Of a stretch of 64,000 bases of DNA, positions 56,251-64,000 are shown piece by piece. Position numbers and translations under genes: made by a program. Each line of letters opens with the position of its first letter. Positions within the stretch are counted from its first letter, which is position 1. The DNA lies in assembly GCA_964019335.1 (NCBI GenBank), contig OZ025671.1, forward strand, positions 620,001-684,000. Reading direction: 5' to 3'. The DNA comes from Diplonema japonicum. Its lineage: Eukaryota > Protista > Euglenozoa: Diplonemea. The notes beneath the pieces are model-generated. The model worked only from the letters and a program-made list of their open reading frames with translations, made no database searches and was not told the origin of the DNA.

Positions 56251-56846
56251 CGCAAACCCGCAAACCCGCCAGATAGGCCAGCGGGGGTGTGGGGGGCTGG
56301 TCCCCCCCCCCCCCCCCGCCATAGGAAGATGTGAAACTTTTTTTTTTTTTTCTGAGAAAAAAAAAAAGGGAAAAATAAAAGAATAGGGAACAGGTGCTAC
56401 AACAGCCAGGCTAGATAGAACCACTTGGATTTTTTTTTTTTTTTTTTTCCCTTTTTTTTTTTATTTTTCTGTTTTTCTTTTTCTTTTTGAAGTGGAACCA
56501 TCTCGGTCGACGTTTTTTTTTTTTTTTCTTTTTTCTTTTGTGGTGATGTGTTTTTCCTGTTTTTGATTTTCTTCTTCCCCCACTCTATGCTTTTTCGCAT
56601 GGACATTGGTCACTCTGCCCCTTTCCCTTTTTTTGATTCTCCCTCTTTCCCCCTCCTAAATTTTACCCCCTACCCCACTCATTCCTCCCTAGTATGTTTT
56701 TGAATTTGCTTCTTCTTCTTTTAAGCCTTTTTTGAGATTTTTATTTTTGAATTTTTATCATTTGGAGTTGCTTCTTCTTCTTCCCCTCCCCCTCCCATAA
56801 AGAAAAAGAGAAACCCATGCCTTCCTCCCAGGTTGGAACTTGATTG
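55629..56846 (+). repeat. Direct duplication of a ~390-bp pyrimidine-rich block (55629-56019 and 56463-56846) flanking a 26-bp tandem repeat and a ~50-nt poly(A)
   Basis: The two copies are near-identical. TTCTCAAGTCCCCCTTTTTATTTATT x~3.5 at 56099-56190 (one copy at 55468); poly(A) at 56198-56247; (CAAACCCG)n at ~55590 and ~56245. Confidence 0.85.
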
Positions 56847-58395
56847 CAAACCCGACTCCACCCAACCAGGCAATCTGGTTGGGCAGTATGAATCCCCACC
56901 CCCTAGATCCCCCCACCCCCCTTTAGAAAAAAAAAATAATAAAATAAAAAAATCACTAGCAGAGACCGCGGTTTTGACCGCCGCTGCTACAGCCACGGCC
57001 GCCCCAGCCGCCCTGAACGCCGCAGCCGACCCTGCCGCCCTGATCGCCGCAACTGAGACCGCCGCAGCCGCCCCTGCCGCAGCCACGACCGCCGCGACCA
57101 CGACCCCTGCAGCCGACCCTGCTATTGTTGAAGAGGGAAGAAAAGAGGGAGAAAAAAAGGGGTGGGTACTGGTGTATGGTGAACACCCTCCCGGGTTGAG
57201 GACGGGCCCGGCCCCTGCCTTCCCAAAAGCCCTGCTTTCAGGAAAGTGGGAGGCCCTGTCTGGGAACTCAGGGAGGGAGACCCTCCAATACGGGTACCGG
57301 TGGGAGGGGACGAACGCCAAGGTGCGCCCCACCACGGGGATCCCAGGGGGGGCGGAGGGGTGGGTGAGGGAGGTGGCCGCCGCCGCAGGGCTCGAGGTGG
57401 TCCCCAACCAGGTACTTGTCAACAAGTACAAGTCTGGTTGTGGGATTGCCGCCCACAAGGACGACGCGAGGCTGGGACCGATTGTCCTAGTCCTCTCGTA
57501 CGGAGCCGAGACCACAATGGTCATGAGGAGGGGGGACAGGGTGGCGAAATACCTGGTGCCCCCCTTCTCATGGGCATTGTTGGAAGGTGAAGCGAGACAC
57601 CAGTGGACGCACCACATCCCGTCCGGGATGTCCACTGGTGTCAGGGTGTCGATCACCCTGCGTGCGGTAGGCCCCAAGCTCACCCGCACACCCCAGGAAG
57701 ACCCATCCCCTGGGTTAACAGACGAACCCCCTTTTTTAGATCCCCTTTTTTGTGGGCAAGGGGGGGTGGCACTCCCAAGAGAGGATAGTGCCCCACCCGC
57801 CCCCTTTTTTTTTTTAGAACCCTCTTCGGAGGAAAACAGACCCTCTTCGGAGGAAAATAGAGAGAAAGGGGAAGAGGTGGCACTCCCGAGAGAGGGTGGT
57901 GCTCCTCCCCCCCATTTGTCCCCCCCTTTTTCATTTTTAGAGCCCTCTCCAGAGGAACCCTCCACGGAGGTAAAAAACAGACCCTCTTCGGAGGAAAACA
58001 GAGAGAGAGGGGAAGAGGTGGCACTCCCGAGAGAGGGTAGTGTTCCTCCCCCCCATTCGTCCCCCCCTTTTTCTTTTATAGAGCCCTCTCCAGAGGGACC
58101 CTCCACGGAGGTGAAAAACAGACCCTCTTCGGAGGAAAAAAAGGCAGAGGGAGAGACAGCACACCCGAGAGAAGGTAGTGCCCCTCCCTCTCTGCCCCCC
58201 ATTTTTTCTGGACCCTCTACGGAGGTGTACACCCTGGTCCCCAAGGGCCGGGGGCTTTTTTTGAGGGTGGAAGGGAAAGAAAAAAAAAAAACAAACAAGG
58301 AGGAACCTTTTTTCTTTTCAAACAACCAGGGGGACCAGCACCCACCCCCACCGCCCGCCAAGGTGTGGTTGGGGCGGAGGCTGCGAGCGACGTGA
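56833..58395 (+). CDS. Retroelement ORF1: Ala/Thr-rich linker, AlkB-family 2OG-Fe(II) dioxygenase (~57274-57670), 47-aa acidic/Pro repeats
   Basis: RETLQYGY...PNQVLVNKYKSGCGIAAHKD...IVLVLSYG...LEGEARHQWTHHI...RVSITLR has the NxY, HxD...H and RxxxxxR hallmarks of AlkB (ALKBH8-like spacing). No in-frame ATG lies upstream of the domain; the track start is TTG. Confidence 0.8.
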   Translation: MELDCKPDSTQPGNLVGQYESPPPRSPHPPLEKKNNKIKKSLAETAVLTAAATATAAPAALNAAADPAALIAATETAAAAPAAATTAATTTPAADPAIVEEGRKEGEKKGWVLVYGEHPPGLRTGPAPAFPKALLSGKWEALSGNSGRETLQYGYRWEGTNAKVRPTTGIPGGAEGWVREVAAAAGLEVVPNQVLVNKYKSGCGIAAHKDDARLGPIVLVLSYGAETTMVMRRGDRVAKYLVPPFSWALLEGEARHQWTHHIPSGMSTGVRVSITLRAVGPKLTRTPQEDPSPGLTDEPPFLDPLFCGQGGVALPREDSAPPAPFFFLEPSSEENRPSSEENREKGEEVALPREGGAPPPHLSPPFSFLEPSPEEPSTEVKNRPSSEENRERGEEVALPREGSVPPPHSSPPFSFIEPSPEGPSTEVKNRPSSEEKKAEGETAHPREGSAPPSLPPIFSGPSTEVYTLVPKGRGLFLRVEGKEKKKTNKEEPFFFSNNQGDQHPPPPPAKVWLGRRLRAT

Positions 58396-61300
58396 GAGCA
58401 CCACTGCACACCCTTGTGAGAAGACAGAAAAGAGCCCCCTGGATTGCCATGGGTGGCAGGGAACCTAAGCCAGCGCCCAAGCGGAAGAAGAACAGGAGGA
58501 GGCACAGGAGCGAAACGGCCCTTCAGAGGCGTCGGGAGAAGAGGACCAAGGCGAGGGAGGGGGCGAGGGAGGCTGCCAGACAGGAGAAGAAAAGGCACCG
58601 TCGTGCGAGGAAAGAAGGGAGGAGGAGGGCCCGCAGAGAGGAACACGAGGCCGCCCTGGAACAGAAGCCAGATGACCCTGCAATGGGGCTGAAGCGGACC
58701 GAGGTGGGAACGCCTGGAGCCCAACCCCTGGCACCCAGAATCCCGGCACCTGGGGCTGCAACCGGCACAAGGAGGCACCGCAGACGGACGGGACACAGCA
58801 AGGAAGGGGTGAGATGGGAGCACCTGGGGGCGTGGGCCTGGGTCGCCCTGTTCTCCCTCTTGCTGATCCCAGGGGTGAGGCAGGTGCTGGGGGCGGGCAT
58901 CGGGATGGCCCCCTCCTTCCTGCATGCGGCAGTGTTGTGGAAGAGGCCGGGGAGCGACAGGAGGACCACCCGCAGGTCAAGGGTACAGGTGGGGCCCCGA
59001 GGGGATGAATGGTCCGCCGGGGAGCTCGCTTGGCTAGCAGTAGGGGGCACTCTGGTGGGAAGCACTTCAGTTTGGATAGGGGGGCTGATGTCGCTCTGGG
59101 CCATGTCGGAAGTGATGGTGGGGAAAGCTGGTGCTGACCCGACCCAGAGATTCGGACCGGTAAAGCTGAGGAAGACAAGACGCGGATCGAGAGGTCACTA
59201 CCTGCCGGTGTACTTGGGCCCGCCTAGAAGCTCAAGACGCAGAAAAAAGAAGGAGGACGCCAAGCAAGCGGCGAAGGAACGAGCTGAGACGGAGGATAAG
59301 CTCTTTCAGGCCGAACACCTGGACCCCTTTGCGGACTTGACGCTGGCAGGGGACGCGTTGCAAGGAGGTGGTGACACTCCCCCCATGGATTTGGATGATG
59401 AGCACACGGAGGCGCAGAAGGAGGGGGAAAAAGAAGGAACAGACAAACATCAATGCCGGATGGAAGGCTGCTCTTTCCACACCAGTGTGGCAAGCTGTCT
59501 AGTTAAACACCTCAATGCGGTCCACCATCATTTTGTGAAACAAGAGCAGGCGAGGAACATGAAGGTGAACCTCTGTGGAACGTGTGCTGCGGCGTGCTCG
59601 TCGAACCAGACGCACTGTGCACTACACAGGCAGCGGAATCTGTGGAACCCCGACAAACAACCCAGGGCCGGCAAGTCAGTGGACGAGATCATGAAGAGCT
59701 TCAAGCTGACGAGGAGATCGACGGAGAAGGACGGGAACTGCATGTTCCACGCCCTGGCCGGTTCGCTCGGGGAAGCCTACGGGGACCACACCCACATCAG
59801 GAGCGAGGTTGTAGAATGGATGAAACACCGGGAGGAGCACTATGCCCCGTTTTGCAGCGAGGGTTGGGACCGGTACTTGGAAGGGATGGGCACAGTGGCG
59901 ACGTGGGGAGACCACTTGTGCCTGGCAGCCGCAGCACAAGCGTTTGGCCACACGATACTCGTGGTTGCTGGGGGGAACAACCCAGTCCTGATGATAGGGG
60001 AGTACAACTCCGACCACGAGAAGGTGGTGGTGCTGGCGTACAACGGCAACCACTACGAGTATGCAGTCGGAGAGGAGGAGTCGATGATGATGCTCCTTGA
60101 TGAGTCCCAATCGGTTGCTCTACAAAAGGCAGGTAAGCAACCCTCCGAGGCCCCGGGTGAGGACATCGGGGAGTGGGACATAATAGACCGTGCGATCCCT
60201 GGATACGGGAAGGCAGGGGTGTTGGACCAGATGGGGGCAAGGAACCAGCAATTCCTGTACTGTCCGGTGGCGAACTGCGCTAGGTCGAAGTGCAAAAGCA
60301 CGACCCCGTTCAACTCGACAAGGGTATGGAAGTGTCACCTGGATGGGCACCTGGAGAGTGATGAGATCCCGGAGAGCGTTCTGAGGAGACTGGACCTCGA
60401 GAGGTGCCTGGTGTGCAGGGGCTGTGTGTGGAAGGGTCAGGGGTGCCACGACGAGTGCAAAAAGGCGGTGCGAAGGGAAGGGGAATACACGACCCCCCCG
60501 CCAGCCCCGACGAGGACCGAGTTACCCAGCCTGGAAGCCATAGCCGCCATGAACGTCACGACCATGGGGTCGATCCCGACGAGCCTTCAAAGACTGTGGG
60601 GGCTTACCCTTAAGCACACTCTGGGCCGGGCGGTGAAGGACAACACAGAGGAGGCTTGGCTGCTGGTGGCGATGCTCCCCAAAGCCTGCCTGTGGAAGAA
60701 GAGGGGAGGGAAGAAGCGGGACAAGGAGACGGAGCTGAGTGTCCAGGCCAGATTGGAGGAGTGGGAGAAGGGAAATTACATGGCCCTCTGGAATAAGCTG
60801 GAATCAGGTGAGAAGGGGGAACCTAAGAACGACGAGGTCTCTAAGGTCGCCAGGGCCACGGAACTGTGCAGCAAAGGGAGGTTCTCGGCAGGAAACGCGG
60901 CGCTTGTAGCCCAGGGGCTGGCGGAAGACAATGAGGATTGTTGGAGAGCGCTGCAGAGCAAACATCCAGAGCCACTACACCCCCAATGGGACAACCCGGC
61001 GAAGACGAAGGAAGCGGTAGAAGTCTTGCCGGAAGAAGTGCTGGACGCAATCAGGGACTTCCCGAGGGGGACTGCTGCGGGACCGACTGGTCTGAGAGCC
61101 CAGCACATCAAGGACGCGGTGGACGGAGCTTTTGAGTCTCAAGGCTGTTTGATGTCGGTGACGAGGGCAGTCAACGCATTAGCTAGAGGCACGGCCCCTA
61201 GGGAGGTGGCTCCGCTGATGGCAGGGGCGAACCTTGTGGCCCTCAAGAAGAACGACAGGGACGTGCGGCCCATAGCCGTTGGGGATGTGCTGCGTCGGCT

Positions 61301-63935
61301 GGTGGGGAAATCCCTTGTGAAGAAGATCGCTCCGGAAGTGGCCTCTTCGTACCTGAAGAAAGGCGGCCAGGTGGGGGTATCGGTCCCTGCTGGAATGGAG
61401 GCGGCTATACACACCATCAGGCAGTATGTGGACAGGGAACGGGGCAACAAGCAGGAAAACAAGGTGATCCTCAAGATCGACTACGCCAACGCCTTCAACA
61501 GTGTTTGTCGGAGACAGCTGTGCTCACAGGCCTATGAGCAAGCGTCGGGGCTGTATGCGTGGGCCGATTGGTGCTACAGGGTGCCCTCCCAATTATACTA
61601 CAACGGAAAGGTGATTAAGTCCCAGGAAGGGGTGCAACAGGGGGACCCGATGGGACCGCTGCTGTTCTCTCTGGCCATCCAACCCCTGGTGAACAAGATA
61701 AGTGAAGACTGCAACCTGGACATCCTCCAGTTCTACCTGGACGATGGCGTCCTTGTGGGGAATGTGGATGAAGTGAGAAAGGCGTACAACATCTTGTGTG
61801 AGCTGAGCGGAATGATAGGGCTGAAAGTGAAACCCCAGAAGTGCGAGCTCATATGGGTTAGTGGCGACCTCCCCCAGACAGTGGAGGACACAGGCTTCGA
61901 TGGCCTGACAGAAGAGAATTTCCACAAAGAGAGGAACTTCATGCTCCTGGGGGCGCCGATAGGATCGCCGGAGTACACGCAAGCCTTTCTGAACAAACGC
62001 TTGGACGCGCTGGAAGAGAACTTCGACATGCTGACCAAGGTGGGGAGGCAGACAGGGTACACACTTCTCCGGTATTGCAGCTCATACAGCAAACTGGTGT
62101 TTTACATGAGAGTGGTCCCAGACTCGCATGTGGGAGGGGTCATGCACAGGTTCGACGAGATGGTGCGGAAGACGATGTCGAAGGTGTGCGGCATGCAGTT
62201 CGAGAGCGGGTCGAAAGAATGGCAGCAGGCGAAACTGTCCGTAAAAGTCGGTGGGCTTGGGATGAGGAGCTGCCAGGAGCACCTGCGCGCGGCCAACATG
62301 GCTTCGAGGGCGTCGACGATGAAGCTGTGCAAGGAGCTGGATCCCAAATACGAACATGGGCTGGAAGGGGGTGTATGGGGGAGCTGGCTCGAGTGGTTCA
62401 ACAGGACGAAAGGCGGCATGCAGATTACACCCGACATGGTGGCCAAGGCCCCCCACATCTGCAGCCAGAGGTGGCTCTCTAGGGTGCTTGATGAGAAGGC
62501 GCTGGAGGACCTCTTGGCGAAAGCAGATGCACGCTCGAGAGCGAGGTTGATGTCGGAGTCAATGCACTATGCGGGGGCGTGGTTGACGGCGACGCCTGAC
62601 TTCTACAACCAGCTGTCGGACAACGAGTTTGGGGCTCTGATCAAGTGGTGGTTGGGGGCTCCGGTCTACAAGCAGGGTGAGAGCTGCCACGACCCGAGGT
62701 GCAAGACTGAGGGGATGGACGTATGGGGTGACCATGCCCAGGGATGCGGCAACGCCAGGATTGCGAGGCACGACCGGGTGAAGGAGACCATCCACAGACA
62801 CTGTCAGTGGGCCGGGGTGAGCGCAACGATGGAGAAGACGGGGCTGATCCCGGGGTCGTCCCAGCGCCCGGCGGACGTGTTCTTCCCAGGTGGGGTGGGG
62901 GGTTCCCGCCCAATGGCTATGGACGTGGTCATCGTGCACCCGAGGAACGAGTCTTGTGTCAACCAGGCGGCGAAGACTGCGGGGTACGCAGCGGCGAAGG
63001 CGGAACACTACAAGCGCCAGAAGTATGAGGCGGAGCTCGCCAAGACACGCGTGGCCTTTGTACCTTTCGCGATGGAGACCTTTGGGGGGTTCGGGGAGGC
63101 AGCAGTCTACCTCACGAAGAAACTGTCCAGGAGCATAGCTGCGCGGGCTCACGGGGACAGAGTCTCGATACACAGGCGTGTGGTCCAAGAGGTGTCAACG
63201 GCCATGATGAGATCGATAGCAGGGGCGCTGTTAGTCAAAGGGCCTGTACAGTTGGATCCAGGGCCCCCGGTACCGGACGGCGAAGAGGAAAAAAAGGACA
63301 ACGAGGAAGCGAACAACGAACCCAACACTGAATCCAACACTGACCTCACAGAGGACTCCTTCGGCAATGAAAAAACCACCGAAGCTGAGGAGTCGTCCGA
63401 GAGGGAAGTGAAGGGACAGGGAGGCGGACCCCCAATCACGGTGGCCCACCAGCTGGATGCCCTTCTGGAGCAGACGAAGAAGGACCTGGACGCCCGAATG
63501 CAGCAGCAGCGAAAGGCGGAACCGGTGGAGGGTGGAACACAAGGGAAAGCGGGAGCAGGACTCGAAGCAGCCTCGCCGGGAGGAGAAGACACGGAGATGG
63601 CCGGAACAGGATCCAGCGAGAGGGCTGGGCAGGGAGGGGAGCTTGACCCGAAGGCCCAGGAAGATGGGAAGAGACAAGGGGCGACTGACGCTGCGGTGAA
63701 CCAGACCTTGGACCAGTGTCCTAAGGGGGATACGGAGGCCCAGAGGGACTCGAACAAGGGGGACCAGAGTGCGACAACTGCTACGAGGAAGATGACCGTG
63801 AGCGAATTCTGTAGGGAACAAGCTGCGAAGAGACAGGGCGGTGGGAGGACTCTGAAGCCGCAGGCGGATGACGCCCCCGAAGGGACCAAAGAGGGCGGGA
63901 ACGCACCGAGCGGAGGCAGCCAGTCGGGGCCTTGA
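58365..63935 (+). CDS. Retroelement ORF2: Arg-rich region, hydrophobic helices, C2H2 finger, OTU protease, second Cys/His region, reverse transcriptase, CCHC knuckle plus restriction-like endonuclease, acidic tail
   Basis: CRMEGC...HLNAVH (~59454); DGNCMFHAL...WGDH...AYNGNHY (OTU, ~59730-60060); AAGPTG, VRPIAVG, LKIDYANAFN, GVQQGDPMGPLLF, FYLDDG (~61734), GGLG; C..C...H..C, RHD, RPAD, DV, K..KY, FVPFAMETFG. Confidence 0.93.
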   Translation: MVGAEAASDVRAPLHTLVRRQKRAPWIAMGGREPKPAPKRKKNRRRHRSETALQRRREKRTKAREGAREAARQEKKRHRRARKEGRRRARREEHEAALEQKPDDPAMGLKRTEVGTPGAQPLAPRIPAPGAATGTRRHRRRTGHSKEGVRWEHLGAWAWVALFSLLLIPGVRQVLGAGIGMAPSFLHAAVLWKRPGSDRRTTRRSRVQVGPRGDEWSAGELAWLAVGGTLVGSTSVWIGGLMSLWAMSEVMVGKAGADPTQRFGPVKLRKTRRGSRGHYLPVYLGPPRSSRRRKKKEDAKQAAKERAETEDKLFQAEHLDPFADLTLAGDALQGGGDTPPMDLDDEHTEAQKEGEKEGTDKHQCRMEGCSFHTSVASCLVKHLNAVHHHFVKQEQARNMKVNLCGTCAAACSSNQTHCALHRQRNLWNPDKQPRAGKSVDEIMKSFKLTRRSTEKDGNCMFHALAGSLGEAYGDHTHIRSEVVEWMKHREEHYAPFCSEGWDRYLEGMGTVATWGDHLCLAAAAQAFGHTILVVAGGNNPVLMIGEYNSDHEKVVVLAYNGNHYEYAVGEEESMMMLLDESQSVALQKAGKQPSEAPGEDIGEWDIIDRAIPGYGKAGVLDQMGARNQQFLYCPVANCARSKCKSTTPFNSTRVWKCHLDGHLESDEIPESVLRRLDLERCLVCRGCVWKGQGCHDECKKAVRREGEYTTPPPAPTRTELPSLEAIAAMNVTTMGSIPTSLQRLWGLTLKHTLGRAVKDNTEEAWLLVAMLPKACLWKKRGGKKRDKETELSVQARLEEWEKGNYMALWNKLESGEKGEPKNDEVSKVARATELCSKGRFSAGNAALVAQGLAEDNEDCWRALQSKHPEPLHPQWDNPAKTKEAVEVLPEEVLDAIRDFPRGTAAGPTGLRAQHIKDAVDGAFESQGCLMSVTRAVNALARGTAPREVAPLMAGANLVALKKNDRDVRPIAVGDVLRRLVGKSLVKKIAPEVASSYLKKGGQVGVSVPAGMEAAIHTIRQYVDRERGNKQENKVILKIDYANAFNSVCRRQLCSQAYEQASGLYAWADWCYRVPSQLYYNGKVIKSQEGVQQGDPMGPLLFSLAIQPLVNKISEDCNLDILQFYLDDGVLVGNVDEVRKAYNILCELSGMIGLKVKPQKCELIWVSGDLPQTVEDTGFDGLTEENFHKERNFMLLGAPIGSPEYTQAFLNKRLDALEENFDMLTKVGRQTGYTLLRYCSSYSKLVFYMRVVPDSHVGGVMHRFDEMVRKTMSKVCGMQFESGSKEWQQAKLSVKVGGLGMRSCQEHLRAANMASRASTMKLCKELDPKYEHGLEGGVWGSWLEWFNRTKGGMQITPDMVAKAPHICSQRWLSRVLDEKALEDLLAKADARSRARLMSESMHYAGAWLTATPDFYNQLSDNEFGALIKWWLGAPVYKQGESCHDPRCKTEGMDVWGDHAQGCGNARIARHDRVKETIHRHCQWAGVSATMEKTGLIPGSSQRPADVFFPGGVGGSRPMAMDVVIVHPRNESCVNQAAKTAGYAAAKAEHYKRQKYEAELAKTRVAFVPFAMETFGGFGEAAVYLTKKLSRSIAARAHGDRVSIHRRVVQEVSTAMMRSIAGALLVKGPVQLDPGPPVPDGEEEKKDNEEANNEPNTESNTDLTEDSFGNEKTTEAEESSEREVKGQGGGPPITVAHQLDALLEQTKKDLDARMQQQRKAEPVEGGTQGKAGAGLEAASPGGEDTEMAGTGSSERAGQGGELDPKAQEDGKRQGATDAAVNQTLDQCPKGDTEAQRDSNKGDQSATTATRKMTVSEFCREQAAKRQGGGRTLKPQADDAPEGTKEGGNAPSGGSQSGP

Positions 63936-64000
63936 CACACCTAGGGGTGGGATCCAGACGCCGGAGGGAGATCAGCTGATGGGAGTCGGGGCACCGGAAA

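Larger units (their letters stand above)
56463..64000 (+). mobile_element. CRE-like (RLE-encoding) non-LTR retrotransposon with AlkB and OTU accessory domains; 5' boundary uncertain, 3' end outside the window
   Basis: Two overlapping ORFs opposite the host cluster; RT and restriction-like endonuclease; no LTR, integrase or APE seen. Confidence 0.88.

Noticed and set aside
55629-56846. Direct repeats as LTRs
   Set aside because: Both copies lie on the same side of the coding region, and the RT plus RLE with no integrase indicates a non-LTR element.
56721-58925. 734-aa minus-strand ORF antisense to retroelement ORF1
   Set aside because: Low-complexity mirror of GC-rich and repeated sequence with no recognisable domain; the AlkB motifs are on the plus strand.
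1-64000. tRNA, rRNA or a complete SL RNA gene
   Set aside because: No cloverleaf, rRNA-like segment or full SL exon plus intron was recognised by eye; a covariance search would be needed to exclude them.

Overview
Eukaryotic nuclear DNA, most likely from a euglenozoan and probably a diplonemid-like protist. This is inferred from the kinetoplastid-type Rieske N-terminus, the strictly unidirectional gene array, a CAG|G acceptor just before many start codons, and frequent cis-introns. Positions 1-49.5 kb are a compact head-to-tail cluster of about 22 minus-strand genes: axonemal dynein heavy chain, cyclic-nucleotide PDE, Kelch-IQ protein, HDDC2, fused 2-oxoacid dehydrogenase E1, Rieske ISP, DRC3, transportin-SR-like, CAF1, an NYN-CSD-CCCH protein, TrmO and others. 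Many are split by tiny (mostly 31-38 nt) GT-AG introns that the ORF track misses. Positions 49.6-56.8 kb are a repeat island: a ~830 bp palindrome, MITE-like units, minisatellites, a decayed piggyBac transposase and duplicated poly(A)/pyrimidine blocks, with strong CpG->TpG/CpA decay. Positions 56.8-64 kb hold an apparently intact plus-strand CRE-like (RLE-type) non-LTR retrotransposon. ORF1 encodes an AlkB-family 2OG-Fe(II) dioxygenase. The overlapping (-1 frame) ORF2 encodes a basic region, hydrophobic helices, zinc fingers, an OTU protease, RT and a restriction-like endonuclease. The AlkB+OTU pairing, familiar from some plus-strand RNA virus replicases, inside a retrotransposon beside heavily deaminated repeats is the most striking feature. 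All calls were made by eye, without database searches.
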